DNA of 64,000 bases from assembly GCF_036321535.1 (NCBI RefSeq), contig NC_087436.1, forward strand, positions 62,870,001-62,934,000, written 5' to 3'. The notes beneath the pieces were generated by a model that saw only the letters and a list, made by a program, of their open reading frames with translations, had not been told where the DNA came from and ran no database searches. Made by a program: the position numbers and the translations under genes. Source of the stretch: Camelus dromedarius (taxonomy: Eukaryota). Shown one piece after another: positions 25,229-38,285 of the stretch (positions are counted from its first letter, which is position 1; every line of letters begins with the position of its first letter).

Positions 25229-28200
25229 TTGCCAGTAGTGATCTGAGAAAACAGGCATGTTAACTAGAAGCCGGCAAGGCCCCAGCTGGTGATGTTCTAA
25301 TTATTCAAGATTTTACTGTTTGTGACCTGCAAAGATATCCCAAGGATATCCAAGGATAGATACCCAAGGGAAATTCCCTTGTAGGTAAATGATGCCAGGC
25401 TTTGAAGATACTGGGGTAAGTGGGTTCTGTACCAATTTCCAATCTGTGCATATGTGAGGGGTTTCCCCCACCACCAAGCAATTCTCTGTCATCAACTAGG
25501 CTTCCCACAATTCAACTCAATTCTGACATTATCTACTTGGAAATAGTATCAGATTCCACAGGTTAAGGGCTGAGTCCCACAAGACTGCCTCCACTTCAGA
25601 TGCCAATCACAAGCCTGTGTTTCTGACCATTCAGCAATAAATCGGGAGGTTCCTACAATCCCCTCCTCAGTTTCATGAATTTGCTGGAACAGCTCACAGA
25701 AATCAGAAAAAAAAATGCACTTACCAGGTAACAGCCAGATGGAAAAGATGCATAGGGCAGAGACTGGGAAAGGGTCCCAGAACTTCCATGCCCTCTCTCT
25801 CCAAGTGCACCACTCACCCCAAATCTCCATGTGTTCACCAACCCGGAAGCTCTACAAACCCCTTCCTTTTGGGTTTTTATGGAGGCTTAATTACATAGAC
25901 ATGGCTAATCAAATCATTGGCCACTGCTGGTTAAACTCAATTGCCAGCCTTTCTCCCCTCTCTGGAGGTCAGGAAGTGAGACTGAAAGTTCCAACCATCT
26001 AATCACGTGGTTGGCTCCTCTGGCGATCAGTCCACATCCTTAGCTGGGGTCCAAACCTCACCTCATTAACATAACAAAAGATACCTCCATAGCTCTCACC
26101 ACTTAGAAAATTCCAATGGTTTTAGGAGCTCCATGTCAGAGACTGAGATGAAGAGCAAATATATATTCCTTATTATAAATTACAGTATTGTAAGTGGGAA
26201 CAATGCCTATAGGGATAGCGGTCTGTCTCGGGGTTACAGCTGAGTTGTGTTGACACATTGCAGAGGAATGAGAAGCTGAGGGTCTTTAATAAGCTATATA
26301 TATATATACAGCTACATATGAAAGTGGGGTGGGAGTCTCTTTATTAACTTCCAGAGAGGCACTTATCTCCTTGGAATGGATGAGAAGATATAGCTGAGTA
26401 GCAGACTGAGGACCAGGTAGAATTATAGAGCTCATGGGATATTTAAATTTCCAAACAAATCAGGTTATTATGCTAAAGTCAGACGCTTATTGTTAAAACT
26501 TGGGCCCCAGCAATATGGGAGGAGATCATATAGATGAATAATACCCCAGAAGATGTTGTCTCTACAGAGACTTTTAAATCCTCAGTGCTCACAAAAGTGG
26601 CTGACCCACTTCTTCCAGCATTACTCCCATCCTAGAAAATGCTACAGAAGACTCTTCTCAAGAGACAGTAGGTGCTCAGCTCAGGAGCTGTCTCCGTCTC
26701 CTCTCTTGGCTTCCAGTCTGACTAGGGGTAAATCCCAGGAAAACTCAGCTGTGGACTCTCAGGGCCCAATAAGGCAAGGAAGAAACCATATACTAAAAGA
26801 GCTGCAGTGATTAAGTAAGAAGACAAGAGCATCCTTAAAACTGGTTTAGAGTATACCTAATTATCTGGACTAGAATATAAGACTAGATACAGAAGAAGTC
26901 CTTGATTTGAAGGCGTTTTATTGGGATACCAGACTTCAACAGATAAGAACACCAATAGTTTGGGGCAAAGTTGCTACTAGAGTGGCTTATAGAAGTGTGG
27001 AGAAAGTGATGGTCAACACTGAATGAAATATAAACCCCTGAGTTGTCATGGCAGTTGGTAGAGTAATAAATAAAGAACTGAGAGTAGTAGAAATGCTGGA
27101 ATATATATAAAATGTGAGGCCAGAAGACTCACAGAAGATGATCTTTCACAGGAGATCCTAGAGGACAATCTACTCACCAAGAATACAAGAATGCACTGAC
27201 TGATGGAGCACCATCATCACTAGGTTCAGGGGACCATGCAAGCTAACCCTGAGGGAAAGAGAGCATCAGAGAACTCTGATGATATTGGTGGGATTAATAC
27301 AGCCCTAAAATAATAGAAGTCAGGTGGCAGTTTTAAACTGACCGTTCTCAATTGTCAAAAGCCAGGAGTCTGTATTTACCTTAATTATCAGCGTGGTAGA
27401 AGCATATTCAAGGAGGCTTGATACACAGCGAGTTGTGAAAATGGAAAATAGAGCATGCTGTCAGTGGGGACAAAATAAATGGGCAGCCAGCAAGTGTGGT
27501 ACTTACCATCCACAACCAGAAAAAGGCAAGAACAGAGTATCAGGAGGATGAAGGCAGTCTTTCAATTAAGTCATGATCCCTTGCTCAGTACCTCGACCAG
27601 ACCCAATTTTTATGTCAAAACCTCTGACTGAAGAAGTATTTGAGTCCCAGTATTTACTGCAAGTAAATACTGTAATAATCCATCTAGTCTCCCCCAAAGG
27701 GACCTATGGTCATTTAACCAGGTGACTTTACAGTGGGAAAAAGAGATTACCCAGGCATTACAAATACAAAGGGACCGAGCAAATGATTTTAGTGCTAACT
27801 GAAGACCCAAAACATCAAATTCTCCTCCTATTGGAATAGCATGTTAACTAAATTTCTGCTCACAAGAAAAAAAAAAGCCATTAATTTTTGAGAGCTTACA
27901 ATTTGTTAGGCACCAATGACCTCATTTAATAAAATTTCTTAAATTTATTTATTACATTCCCAACATTATTAGATGCACAACTGGCAAGCACCTTGACATG
28001 ATATACAAAGCATGATGTTTTGGCCCACTGCACCCAGCGACTCACCTAATGGTTACTTCTCCAGTCTTAATGAATAATTGGATTTGATACACTTGGCAAC
28101 TGGAGTAACCTCCACATTTGTTTCTTGGTCTGTGGGTAAAAGCTATCATAGCAGCAAAGTCCAAGTAGAAACCTCTGAATCTGTATCCCCCTCACACATT

Positions 28201-30072
28201 GGCTAAGATAGTAAATCTAAAACACGAAGTATCCTGGAAGGAGAAAGAAAGATGGTGGAGTTTCATGCCATGATTAAAGATATCAACGATGCCAAGATAC
28301 TAATACTTATCATACATACATTTATTTTGCCACTTGGTCTCTGTAGAGGTGGAAGTAGCTGAAAAGTAAGTGTAGACCACTGCAATTAGCAGTGTCCCAG
28401 TATAAACAGTCAAAGGAGAGGGAAATGAACAAGACTGCTTTATAGATGGTTTATCTTGCTATGTGGGTGCCAATTAAAAAGTAAAAAAAAAAAGTACCCT
28501 TGAAAGATAGTGGAGAAAGACAACCTTCCCAATAGGTGGAGCTGCAAGCATTGTATTGTTCATTTACTTCATGCGGAAGGGGAAGAAGCCCAGTGAGAGG
28601 ACATGATAAATAGGGATAGATATAGATGATGATACAGATATAGATATAAATACATCCTTGGGCAATGGTCAATGGCTTGGTCATCAGATCAGGGCCTGAA
28701 AGAATAAAGCCTGAAATACTGGCAACATGGATATTTGGGACAGAAGCATGTGGATGGACATTAGTATTGGGCACAAAGAGTAAAAATTTTCGTGTCATGT
28801 GTTAATGATCACAGAAAATCACCAAGAAAGTAAGAAGAATTGAATAACAGAGTCAGCACAATGAGTTGGTCAGTAAATACTAGTGGCCATCACCACTTTT
28901 AACTCCGGGTGGGCACAACAAGCACATGAGTAAAGCGGTCATGGTGGCAGAAAATGACATTATTACGAGACACATTCTATACTAGAAGGGCCAACATTTA
29001 CACACAGAGACTGCGTGATTATTTTGTGTATTAAATGCCTTTCCCTTTCCTGCCCACAGATCCTTAACCAACAGCATGATTTGAGGTCTTACGGAATGTG
29101 TGCTCCTCAAGGGCATAATGCGCAGAACACAGCATCTGGCCAGATAATGCTTCATGTTGAAGCAGGTATGTGAGTGCACCCATGACCATAGGATCATGGA
29201 ATTCACCGGCAGCATAAAATATTGTACCATCCGGAAATGGTTGGCTTTACAGAGAATTAGAATGGCACAGCTAAAGTACCAATTCAGAGACAACTTTCTG
29301 GAAGAATGGGATGACATCCTTTGGGACACAGTGTGATACATTAGAGACCTTCACATGGTGATATCCACAGAGGACAAATACATGGGTCCACCAACCAAAG
29401 AGTGGAAGCAAAAGTGACTCCACTTACCATCACTCAAAAAGACCTATTGAGGGGGGTGTGCTTCTTGCCCTAATTTACATGGTTTAAAGTCTTGGACCCC
29501 AAACAGTGCACTTTGCCAGGGGACAGAGCAAGTGCTCCAGCGGACTACAATGTACAGCTGTTGCCAAAGCACTTTAGAGTCCTTGTGTCCAAGCACCAGC
29601 AAGTAAGAAGAGTTATCATCACGACAAGGGTTACCTTGATCACAAGGAAGTGGTGTGAATACTTTTACAAAAGGGGGACAGGGAAGAATAAATATGAAAC
29701 TCATGTGATTCCCATGGTTTCCTCCTCATATTCTTTTACCCCACTGGAACTGTGAAAGGACACGTGCAGCAAGACTGGCCTGAAAAAGACATTTCCAATA
29801 GCTCAGATGCTTCAGTAATGAAGGTTTAAGTCGCATGACCATGTAAGCCACCAAGACCTGCCAAGGAGCTAGCTGAGGGTTAGAGTGTGAAAGATTTAGA
29901 ATAGATAATAGAGGTGATTTGGGGCTTTGCCACCAACGTTAGCAAACAGGGAAGTAGTTTGTCCTACAAAACTTCTCTTTCTAGGCTTCCCCTTCAAAAG
30001 AGAAGCTCATGGGAAACATAGAGAAGCAATTTCCCAAACTTGTGGAATAAATTAGATCTACAGGGTACAAGG
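25229..30072 (+). mobile_element. ERV3-16A3/HERV16-like internal region (gag, pro, RNase H, integrase, dUTPase-like remnants; RT deleted)
   Basis: AKVRRL gag motif ~26475; ccccaaagggacctatggtcattt ~27692; FIDGLSCYVG ~28440; AMVNGL ~28665; HGIHRQHKILYHPE ~29200; LLPKHFRVL ~29560. Confidence 0.85.
25425..26192 (-). mobile_element. MER21-like solo LTR nested in the provirus
   Basis: Reverse strand reads taatttataataaggaatatatatttg...gagctcctaaaaccattggaattt; direct repeat AGTGGG at 25419-25424 and 26193-26198. Confidence 0.85.
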
Positions 30073-30530
30073 AGTGGCAGCTGTGAAAATATGCAATTCA
30101 AATCTTCTGTTGTAGATAGCAGGCTTGACTGACGTCCAAGCTACTGCCCCTCTGGATTCATCATGTTTGTGCCAAGACCACAACTCTCATAGGTTTCTCC
30201 CACATACTGACTGAGTACTCTGGAGGTGCTAATGCAAGTCTATTCCTGCAAGTCATGGACTCCTCTACAGAAAAACTTTGGCTCCAGGACTACTGTCACC
30301 CTGGCTGAAGATTTCTTGAAACTGCAGTGCAGTCTGAGATTCTTTCTATTCAATTCTGTTTTCTTCCCTAACACCGATATGTGCATATGTGTTAGACACC
30401 ATCACAGTCTTCAAAATCTTTCTCTTTTATCTCACTTTCCTTTATCCTTTACCAATGTGTTTCCCCATGCATTTCTTATAAGTCGTATCCCATTCTGGTG
30501 TCTGGTTTTAGGAGATCTCAAATTAACACA
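30073..30530 (+). mobile_element. 3' LTR (LTR16-like)
   Basis: Homologous to 24798-25228 (gtggcag..tgaaaat; ccctctggat; aactgca..tctgaga.tctttct); ends attaacaCA. Confidence 0.8.
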
Positions 30531-30564
30531 GTCTGGAATGGACTGGACACATAAAACATTCTCT

Positions 30565-30715
30565 GTCACATTAACAATAATCATATAAGGGGAATACCAT
30601 CATCACCATCATGTCAATTCTGAAAACTGGGGCTTCAGAGGTCAGCACATTTATCTAGGACACAAAAAGTGGTTCAAAGTCTCTCTGAATCTAAGGCCAG
30701 CTCACTTTCCACTAT
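30565..30715 (-). mobile_element. MIR fragment
   Basis: tgaaaactggggcttcagaggt...ctttccacta. Confidence 0.55.
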
Positions 30716-31439
30716 ATCTAGGAATGATTCTTAACTTTTGGCCTCCAGTTCAATTATTACCAAGTCATTTGGAATCTAATCACTTTTCCATCATAACCAT
30801 TTTCAATGTTATTTCAAGAAAATGTTCTTATGTTATTTCAATGTTATTTCAATTAAATGTTCTTATTATTTGACACAATAGTCACAGTCTTATACATTTA
30901 TATTAAGGCAAGCAAATGAAGCAGTAAAAGCATATGAAGAAATAAAAAATAAAACATTATTATTTTAATAAGTACAATGTATTATTAATGACAATAATAA
31001 AATAAAATTAATGGTTAACATTCATTGAGGATTTTTTTTTGTTTTCCACACTATGTAATCTCAATACATATATAAATTGATTTTCAAACAATGATTCAAT
31101 GATGAAATAATTTGATTGTATTATCCTGGATGAAATGTTATATCCATTAAATATAGATATGGATATTAGGAGGAAATACAGAAAATATTTATAATATAAT
31201 GTTAAGTTATATAACAATTCTAAAATATTTAACTGTAATACTATTAAAATTCTACAGGATATAAACAAGAACTGAAAAAACATGAAAAAGTGGAAATATC
31301 CCACTTTGTTGGGATACTGAAATTGTGGATATTTATGTTCTTTTTTTTTCATTATTGGTCAAATTTTGTCTGTGCATTAAACAGAACCCTTGGCATTACA
31401 GTATAGCATAATAACAGCATAAAATTTCATGTTTTTACC

Positions 31440-31580
31440 ACATGATAGGCACCTTCTAAAATTTAAAAATCTATTCTGCACATCTACCACTATTATTAAC
31501 CTGGTTTTCAAGATAAAGGATGGTAAGAACAGGTATTTTAAATAACTTCCTTAAGGTCACACAGCTAATGGCAGAGCCAC
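31440..31580 (-). mobile_element. MIR fragment
   Basis: taaataacttccttaaggtcacacagctaatggcagagcc. Confidence 0.65.
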
Positions 31581-31763
31581 TACCAATTAAATAACTTGGG
31601 CAATAAATGTACAATGAACTCATTTTATGAAATTATCCACTATATCTAGCGTTCAAATTATATTACAGTGAGTATTTAAAAGTGAAAAGAGATTTTTTTC
31701 CAATGGTATTTTGAAAAAATAAGCCTCTGTCAATATCATTTATTAAGAGGTAAGCTTTAAACT

Positions 31764-31821
31764 ATGATGTACACCAGAAACTAATACAACATTGTAAATC
31801 AAAAAATTAAAATTAAAAAAA
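31764..31821 (+). mobile_element. Very short L1 3' tail
   Basis: tgtacaccagaaactaatacaacattgtaaatcaa plus A-rich tail; TAAACT repeated at 31758-31763 and 31822-31827. Confidence 0.7.
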
Positions 31822-31939
31822 TAAACTGTTCTAGAGTAATTATTTCATCTTTTATTTGTAGAGATTCTCATAATAAAATGGTGTGGCTCATACTCTCTGG
31901 TGATAGTGACAGTAAATTCTCTGAGATAGGAATTGTAGG

Positions 31940-32090
31940 AAACATCACTTTTTGACAAATTGGAAAAAAAAAAAAAAACCTCTGAGGCTCCGGGAGGTTA
32001 AGTCCTTACCGTGGTCCTATCTCCAGGAAGTAGGGAGGATGGAACTGGAACCTTTTCTATCACAGTCTGCACTCTGGCCATCCTGCCCCA
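31940..32090 (-). mobile_element. MIR fragment
   Basis: ctgaggctccgggaggttaagt...ggaagtagggaggatggaactggaacc. Confidence 0.55.
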
Positions 32091-32914
32091 CCTAGGTATC
32101 TCCTGGATTTGCCTTTCGCTCTGTATGCTCCATTGAGTTTCTTTATCTGAGCAATATCATGTTTAATTTCCCTGGAGAACTAAGGTTTCTGAATTCTGCT
32201 CTAAGACAGTTTCAGGTGGGAGAAGAGAAGGAATTTAAGAGCATAAGAAGCTTACTTTTATCTTTCATCACGCTAAACTCCCTGTAATTCAGGAGTAAGA
32301 GATGGACAGAATTGTTAGCCTTAAACTCAAGGATGAATACAATTTTTTCCTTTCTCCTCAGAAATGTAGCCTGTTAAAACAACGTGACTTATTTTTTTAC
32401 TACCCAGCACAGATGAGAATTCTCTTGTAGTTTCCCAATAGTAACCACAACCTAGTGTCTGAAAAGAAAAAAATGTACTCATGTTGCTATGCTAACCCGA
32501 TGTCTTTGTCAACTCATCAAGTTCCTTTAAAATAGGCAGTGATATCCTTAAAATTAGCATCAGTTTTATAATGACACAATTTTACAAACCCTATACTCTA
32601 TGCTAGGTCCATTTTAAAGATGGTAAATTTGATTACTTTTCAGCTATACCAAACTTAAGATCACTAAATATTATTTTGTAATTAATTGAATCAATAACTG
32701 TTCTAGACATTAATTTTAAAACATGTTTAAAAAAAGGTTATCATTGTTTCTTTTTCACTTGAGATTTTAAGGATTATTCAATGTTTGGGGTGCACTTTAA
32801 AATTATACAAAATTTTAATTCAAAATCATCTATAGGATATTGGAAGGAACCCCAGGAAATAAAGATCCTGAAGCTTAAGTTGTATTAGCTTCTTGGGAAA
32901 TCAACCTTTACTGA

Positions 32915-33120
32915 CATATATTGAATGCTTTCCAATAATGGAAAATGCTCTTCATGCATTATTTCATTCTTTTCCCTTATAATTACCATATGAGGTAGAT
33001 ACTTTTATTAGCCACAACTGATGCATAAGGACACTGAGGCAGAGAAAGATTAAGATACTCTTATTAAATGGTGAAGCTGGAATCCAACTGAGCAGTCTTA
33101 GAACAGACCTGCACCATTTC
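32915..33120 (-). mobile_element. MIR
   Basis: catatgaggtagatactttt...aggacactgaggcagagaaagattaag...ctggaatccaac. Confidence 0.7.
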
Positions 33121-34779
33121 CCCAACACCTTTATCTTAATACAAAGAGCTCTAAGATCAGAGAATTTGTGACTCACCCAAGATCATAAAGTTAAAACTGA
33201 AATTTTAAGTGCCATTGGACTTTTATTTCAGTTATTTTCCTCTCAACATTTCTACCAGGAGCAGATTTTGAGAGACAATAGCAAATCACCATCACACTTG
33301 GCTATATTAACTGTTTTGTTTTCAAATTATTTGCTTTCCAGCAATTCCAAGCTTAGCCATTTTATTTTTCACTCAGACTTTAAATAGATATAGATATCTT
33401 TTGATAACTTCCAATCACAGACATCTGGGCCGTGTAAAGTCATAATGTCAGATTCCATTTGTTGTTCTGTCTATTTCAGTTTTGTTCCTGCAGTTTTCAA
33501 TTCTACTTATTTTCATCCTAGATTTGGAGTTGGTTACTTGCTTCACTGTCTATCTAACTTAGATATTCTCTCTCCTGTCCCATGGTTAATTCAGTGACAT
33601 ATCATTCTAAACTGATCTGTCAGTCTTGCAAATTTACATTCAACATTATTTACATTTTGCTTAGTTTTATAGAGACCCTTAATGCATATCTTTGACCAGA
33701 GAATATCTCACTGAGTTGTGGAAATGTGTGTAGTATATGCAAAGGCATGTAAACATAATTATTATATCCATGGCTTACTTCAGTTTGGTCTTCCTATCCA
33801 AAACAAGCTTTTATGTTATCAGATGGATTACAATGAAACATACCTGATCATTTATCATTTATAACTTTTTACCTTAAAAGCATTAAAAATACAGTATTGA
33901 TTTTATTGGAAAGCAAAAAAAGTGTTTTATATATTGTGAAACTTGGTTTCACACATTTTCAAATGATCAGAGGAAAAATGAGCTATGAGATATACTAAAA
34001 TATGAAAAGCACATAACCAGAACTTTTACCTCACTAGTAGGATATTGCCTGAAACACAGGAAACAGCAACGACATCCCAGGAATTTAGGATTATTGGTTT
34101 AACTGGTTAGTTTTATTTTTTTCCCCAAAAGATATAGATAAAGAAGTAGTGGTAAACACTATAGCTTTTTTTAAAGGCAATATTTAATAGTGATAATATT
34201 GGATCTATTACAGTTTTATGGTATATAAGCTTTGAAAGCTGGATTGGAATACATGTATTATTGCCCAAAGTGAACATCAAAAGGTTGGATCAGATCAGTG
34301 GTTTAAAAAACACGTTTTCTTTTAGATGAAATGTTAGACTATCTGATGTTCAATGCAGATACACCGAAGCTGCTACATTTCAAAACGTGATTGGATATCT
34401 GAGAGCCTGTTTACTCCTGCCCCTAGCACTTCCCTCCACAGCCTCAGAGGGGTTGTCTGGGGCTCTAGAGTGTCTATAGAGAATACTAAGAAAATTTCTG
34501 GCTTTAAATGTGTGCTTTTAAATTTGTAGAATTGTAAAGTCTTTTTATACACCCTTACTGTTTCAATTCCTATCAATCTCTTCTTGTGGGAAAAGGTTCT
34601 CTGGTAAGACGAAGTAAATCAGCATACACTTTTTAGCAATGGGTCACTGACATTCTGCTATGTATGGAAAGCTGTCTTCCTCCAAACATCCAGGTAAATT
34701 TTGCTATGAAGCTTGTGTTAACTGTGGAGGTGAAAATCCCTGACGTGCATGACATCACAATTACCAAAGTTTTCAACTA

Positions 34780-37700
34780 CATTTACTTGTGGTGAGATAG
34801 AGTTAAAAGCCAAATGTTTGAGAGATCACGAGGCTTTTCCACTTGCTTACTGTGGGAGTGAGCAATGATAGCCACAACTTCTCCTTTCTTTATAGTAAAA
34901 CTGAAGTGATACAGAAACCCTGGAAGTATTCTAAGATTATCAACATGAACACTAATTTGAACAGGTGTCGACACAGCATCATGATTCAATTTTCTCATCC
35001 GGCATTTTCAAGGGAAAAAACAAACAAACAAACTGAAAGAATAGCCACAGAAATGAATCATAGTGAATAATGTGTAAACATACTCAGGTGGTGGCCCCAA
35101 TTATACTCATTGTGTTAAATACAGTATTGTTATTAGAACTGATCTATATAAACTTTGGCACTTGGCATGAGACTATTTATACGTGGAAAACTTTCTTTCT
35201 CAATTCTCATTAGGAGATGTGAGTGAAAGCAGTTTGCAGTCACATGGCAAGAAAAGCAGTGTAACAAATGTCTGTGTTCACTCTCTTGCTGTCTGTAATT
35301 ATATTGTCCTGAACTTCTTGTTGTTTGACAGAACATTATGCTGGCTTGTTATATTAATGAATAATACTAAGTGGACTTGTTTAGCAGAAAGTGGAAAACT
35401 CTGTCATCTTCATAGAAAGACACAGGCAAGACAGAAGGTTAAGGGCACAAGGGCCTGTGAACTTTTTAGGAACCTAGTGGTGTAGGATACACTACCATAC
35501 TCCTCTTAAGGTGTAAGACAAGTGGCTGTACCTTGCAGCTCCTGTCACTGAGAAAGAGGCACAGCACTTGGGATTTTATTATATTCTACCACCTCGTTTT
35601 TTGGGTGACTTCAACATTTGTCCAGTTTGAAGTAAGGCCCGGCACAAGATATCTCTTAAGAATATTCAGGCTGTTGCAGAGCTGTTAGCCCACTTGGGAT
35701 TTAAGTCAATAGATTCAGTCTTGCTAGAGGTATCCATGATAAGTATCCATGGCCTGTGGAGTCAGGAATGCCACCGAATAGACCCCGGGGGTTCTGAAAC
35801 AAGGTGATTTTCTCCTGAGAAGAGAATCATTTTCTTTTCTACAAGAAGGTATTGGCATCCATGTGGAGAATGAGCCCCTGATAGTAACACACTGGTTAGC
35901 AAGGTGGCCATGACTAGTCATCGTGAGCTATGTGTCATTCATTTCTTCAATGCATAAAGTTAGCCAGACACAGCAGCAATCTGCTGCATGATGGATTTGG
36001 TGCAATCAGAAACTAGCCTGATCAGGTGCAGAAGACATGAAAGGGCAGTTGTCTTATCATCATAAACTGCTCATATTCATTGTTCTCCAACTATGTTCTC
36101 TCATATTCATGTCACTAATGTCTTTGGTAACAATGCCCCACACATGCAGCTTCATGGGAATATCCCAACAATCAACTTACAGAAGAAAGATATGAGTCTT
36201 TATAGAAAGGTTGTTATGAAATGTGGGAGAAAGTGGGACAAAAATATCTGCTACATTACTGCCCCCACTTAAGTTGGTCATGAGAACAGAGGTGAAGGTA
36301 AATAAATCCAATCACCAGAGCTGCTAGTAGAACATTTGTTTGTTCACATAACATGAAGGGACAAGGAAGCTAAGATAAGGATCTGTTGTGATGTTGGGGA
36401 GATGAGGAATAACTTGGCTGGCTGATCTGAGGTCTGGCCCTTGGGCAAGATTATGTGAATGAACCTATGGGACTGGACATGTGGATCTTTATGTTTCTCA
36501 TATAATGCCCATCAGAGATCATCCCACACAGAGAGATTCTCAAAAACCAAATGGATAGGATTACTCAACCTGTGGCATTGCCAGCTTCTCTCTTTACTTT
36601 ACCCTGGAGTAGGCACGAACCCACAAAGAGAGTAGAAATGGCGGTAGGGATGGGGCCACAGTCAACGGCACAGGCTATCTCACCACAGCTGGTCAAGCTC
36701 GTGGCATTGTCAATCTGCTAGTAGTAGAAGCCAATGCTGAGCTCTTGAGACAGATATATATTTTGGAAAGAGCAGCCATGCACTAGGTAGTAGTCAGTTA
36801 AAATTTCATACTTTTCATTTACAAGGGGAGTTGATTTATCCTTAACAGAATCGACATGTAACCTGGATATTAGGATATCTTCTCTGTCCATAGTGAGTTT
36901 ATCAATGTCTTTTGTCAAAAGTATTCAGAACACCTGATCAAAATGGTGTTCTACATATGACCTTGAACCAAGAGATACAATTATAACACAGGAGTGGATC
37001 AATGGGCTCAAAACTATGGGATTATATCATATAACATGCATCTCTTAGCCTGGAAGCAGCTGGATTAATAGAGCATTGGAAGGGTCTACTAAAGGCTAAC
37101 CTATGCAGAATCTGAAGCTTGGACAGATCACTTTGGAAGATTAGGATAATGTCAAAACAAAGAATATAGTATACGATCTTCTTAATGCTCAAAGCTTACA
37201 GATCTAGGAATCAAAGGATGAAACTGGATGGACTCTTCTTATCATCACTTATTATGCACCTAATTGTGGAATCTGTGCTTCCTACCTCTGCAAACGTACA
37301 CTCTGGATTTGAAGTCCATATTACAAAGAGTTCAACCCTCCTATCAGAGTACAGGATAATATTTCACCTAACTGGAGGCTGTATTTACCAACAGCCCACT
37401 TTGGACTCTTCATGCCAAAAAAGCCAGGTGGCAGAAAAAGAATTTCTCTGTTGACTGTTGTAATCAACCCTGACAACTATGAAAAGATGTGGTTGTGAAT
37501 ACATAGGAGAAAGGGAGGTATGTTTGCAACACAGGAGTTCATTACATTATCTCTTAGAATTTTTCTTCCATGCAATCACTGTGAATGAGCAACTGCAGCA
37601 GCAAGGCAAATACATCCTCACATATCTCATGATAAAGGTCTGGCTCATCCTAGTAAAATCTAGAATGGTTGGTGCAGGAGATTGATGAGCAATGTCAAAT

Positions 37701-37850
37701 ACTGTCCTAGGACCTGCTGCAGAAGCAGTGACTGTCAAGTGTTTTGCTAAACTTCTCTAAGAGTTTTTAGGAAATTACAAGTGATCATGTCTTGAATGTT
37801 CAGACTCCTTCAGAGGTCAAATAAAAGCTTAGGACAGAAGTGTACTGCAC
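34780..37850 (+). mobile_element. Decayed ERVL internal region (RT, RNase H, integrase)
   Basis: KQFAVTWQ (~35230), YINE in place of YIDD (~35350), NFLGT*WC...KV*DKWLYLAAPVTEKEAQHL (~35460-35570), EAAGLIEHWKGLLK (~37055-37095). Confidence 0.85.
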
Positions 37851-37854
37851 CTGT

Positions 37855-38285
37855 TGTAGCAGGAGACACACCAACCTCAGCCCTCAGGCCAGATGCCCTG
37901 AGAGATCAGAGGCTGTGGCTCTCCCAGATGTAAGCCACATCCTGATTGTGTGGTTGAGTAAATGCTCTGTTGGGTGACCTTTGATCAATTAAAGAGAAAA
38001 TGGAGAAGTTAGTGCATAAATTGGTTGCTTTTTCTTCCCCATGTAGACTCTTTTGAGAGGTAGGGAATTTATTTACTTTTCCTGAAGATACCCAGTATGA
38101 TTGAGCAACCAGCTATGTTTCCTGTGACCATCAAATCAGCTTGATAAGACAAAAATTTCGATTTTCTTTCTCCCTTCTCTGTCTCACTTTTCCTTCTTCC
38201 CTCATTCTGGATCTTTGGAGGCTGCTTACCCTAAATAAGTGAACATGTCAGCTCTGTCTCAGCATCTAAGAACACTGGGTTAAAT
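37855..38285 (+). mobile_element. ERVL 3' LTR (LTR33/LTR16C-like)
   Basis: Starts tgtagcagga just after the internal region; pyrimidine tract, ccctaaataa, then tctgtctcagcatct near the end. Confidence 0.6.

Noticed and set aside
24787..25263. 158-aa ORF, the longest in the track
   Set aside because: Lies almost entirely within the LTR16-like LTR, has a non-ATG start and shows no recognisable domain
30801..30868. Short tandem duplications (also 8446-8474)
   Set aside because: Ordinary slippage duplications with no spacer architecture; not CRISPR-like
31008..31352. 114-aa F/I/L/N-rich ORF and similar AT-rich ORFs in the track
   Set aside because: Composition reflects AT-rich non-coding DNA; no homology or splice support
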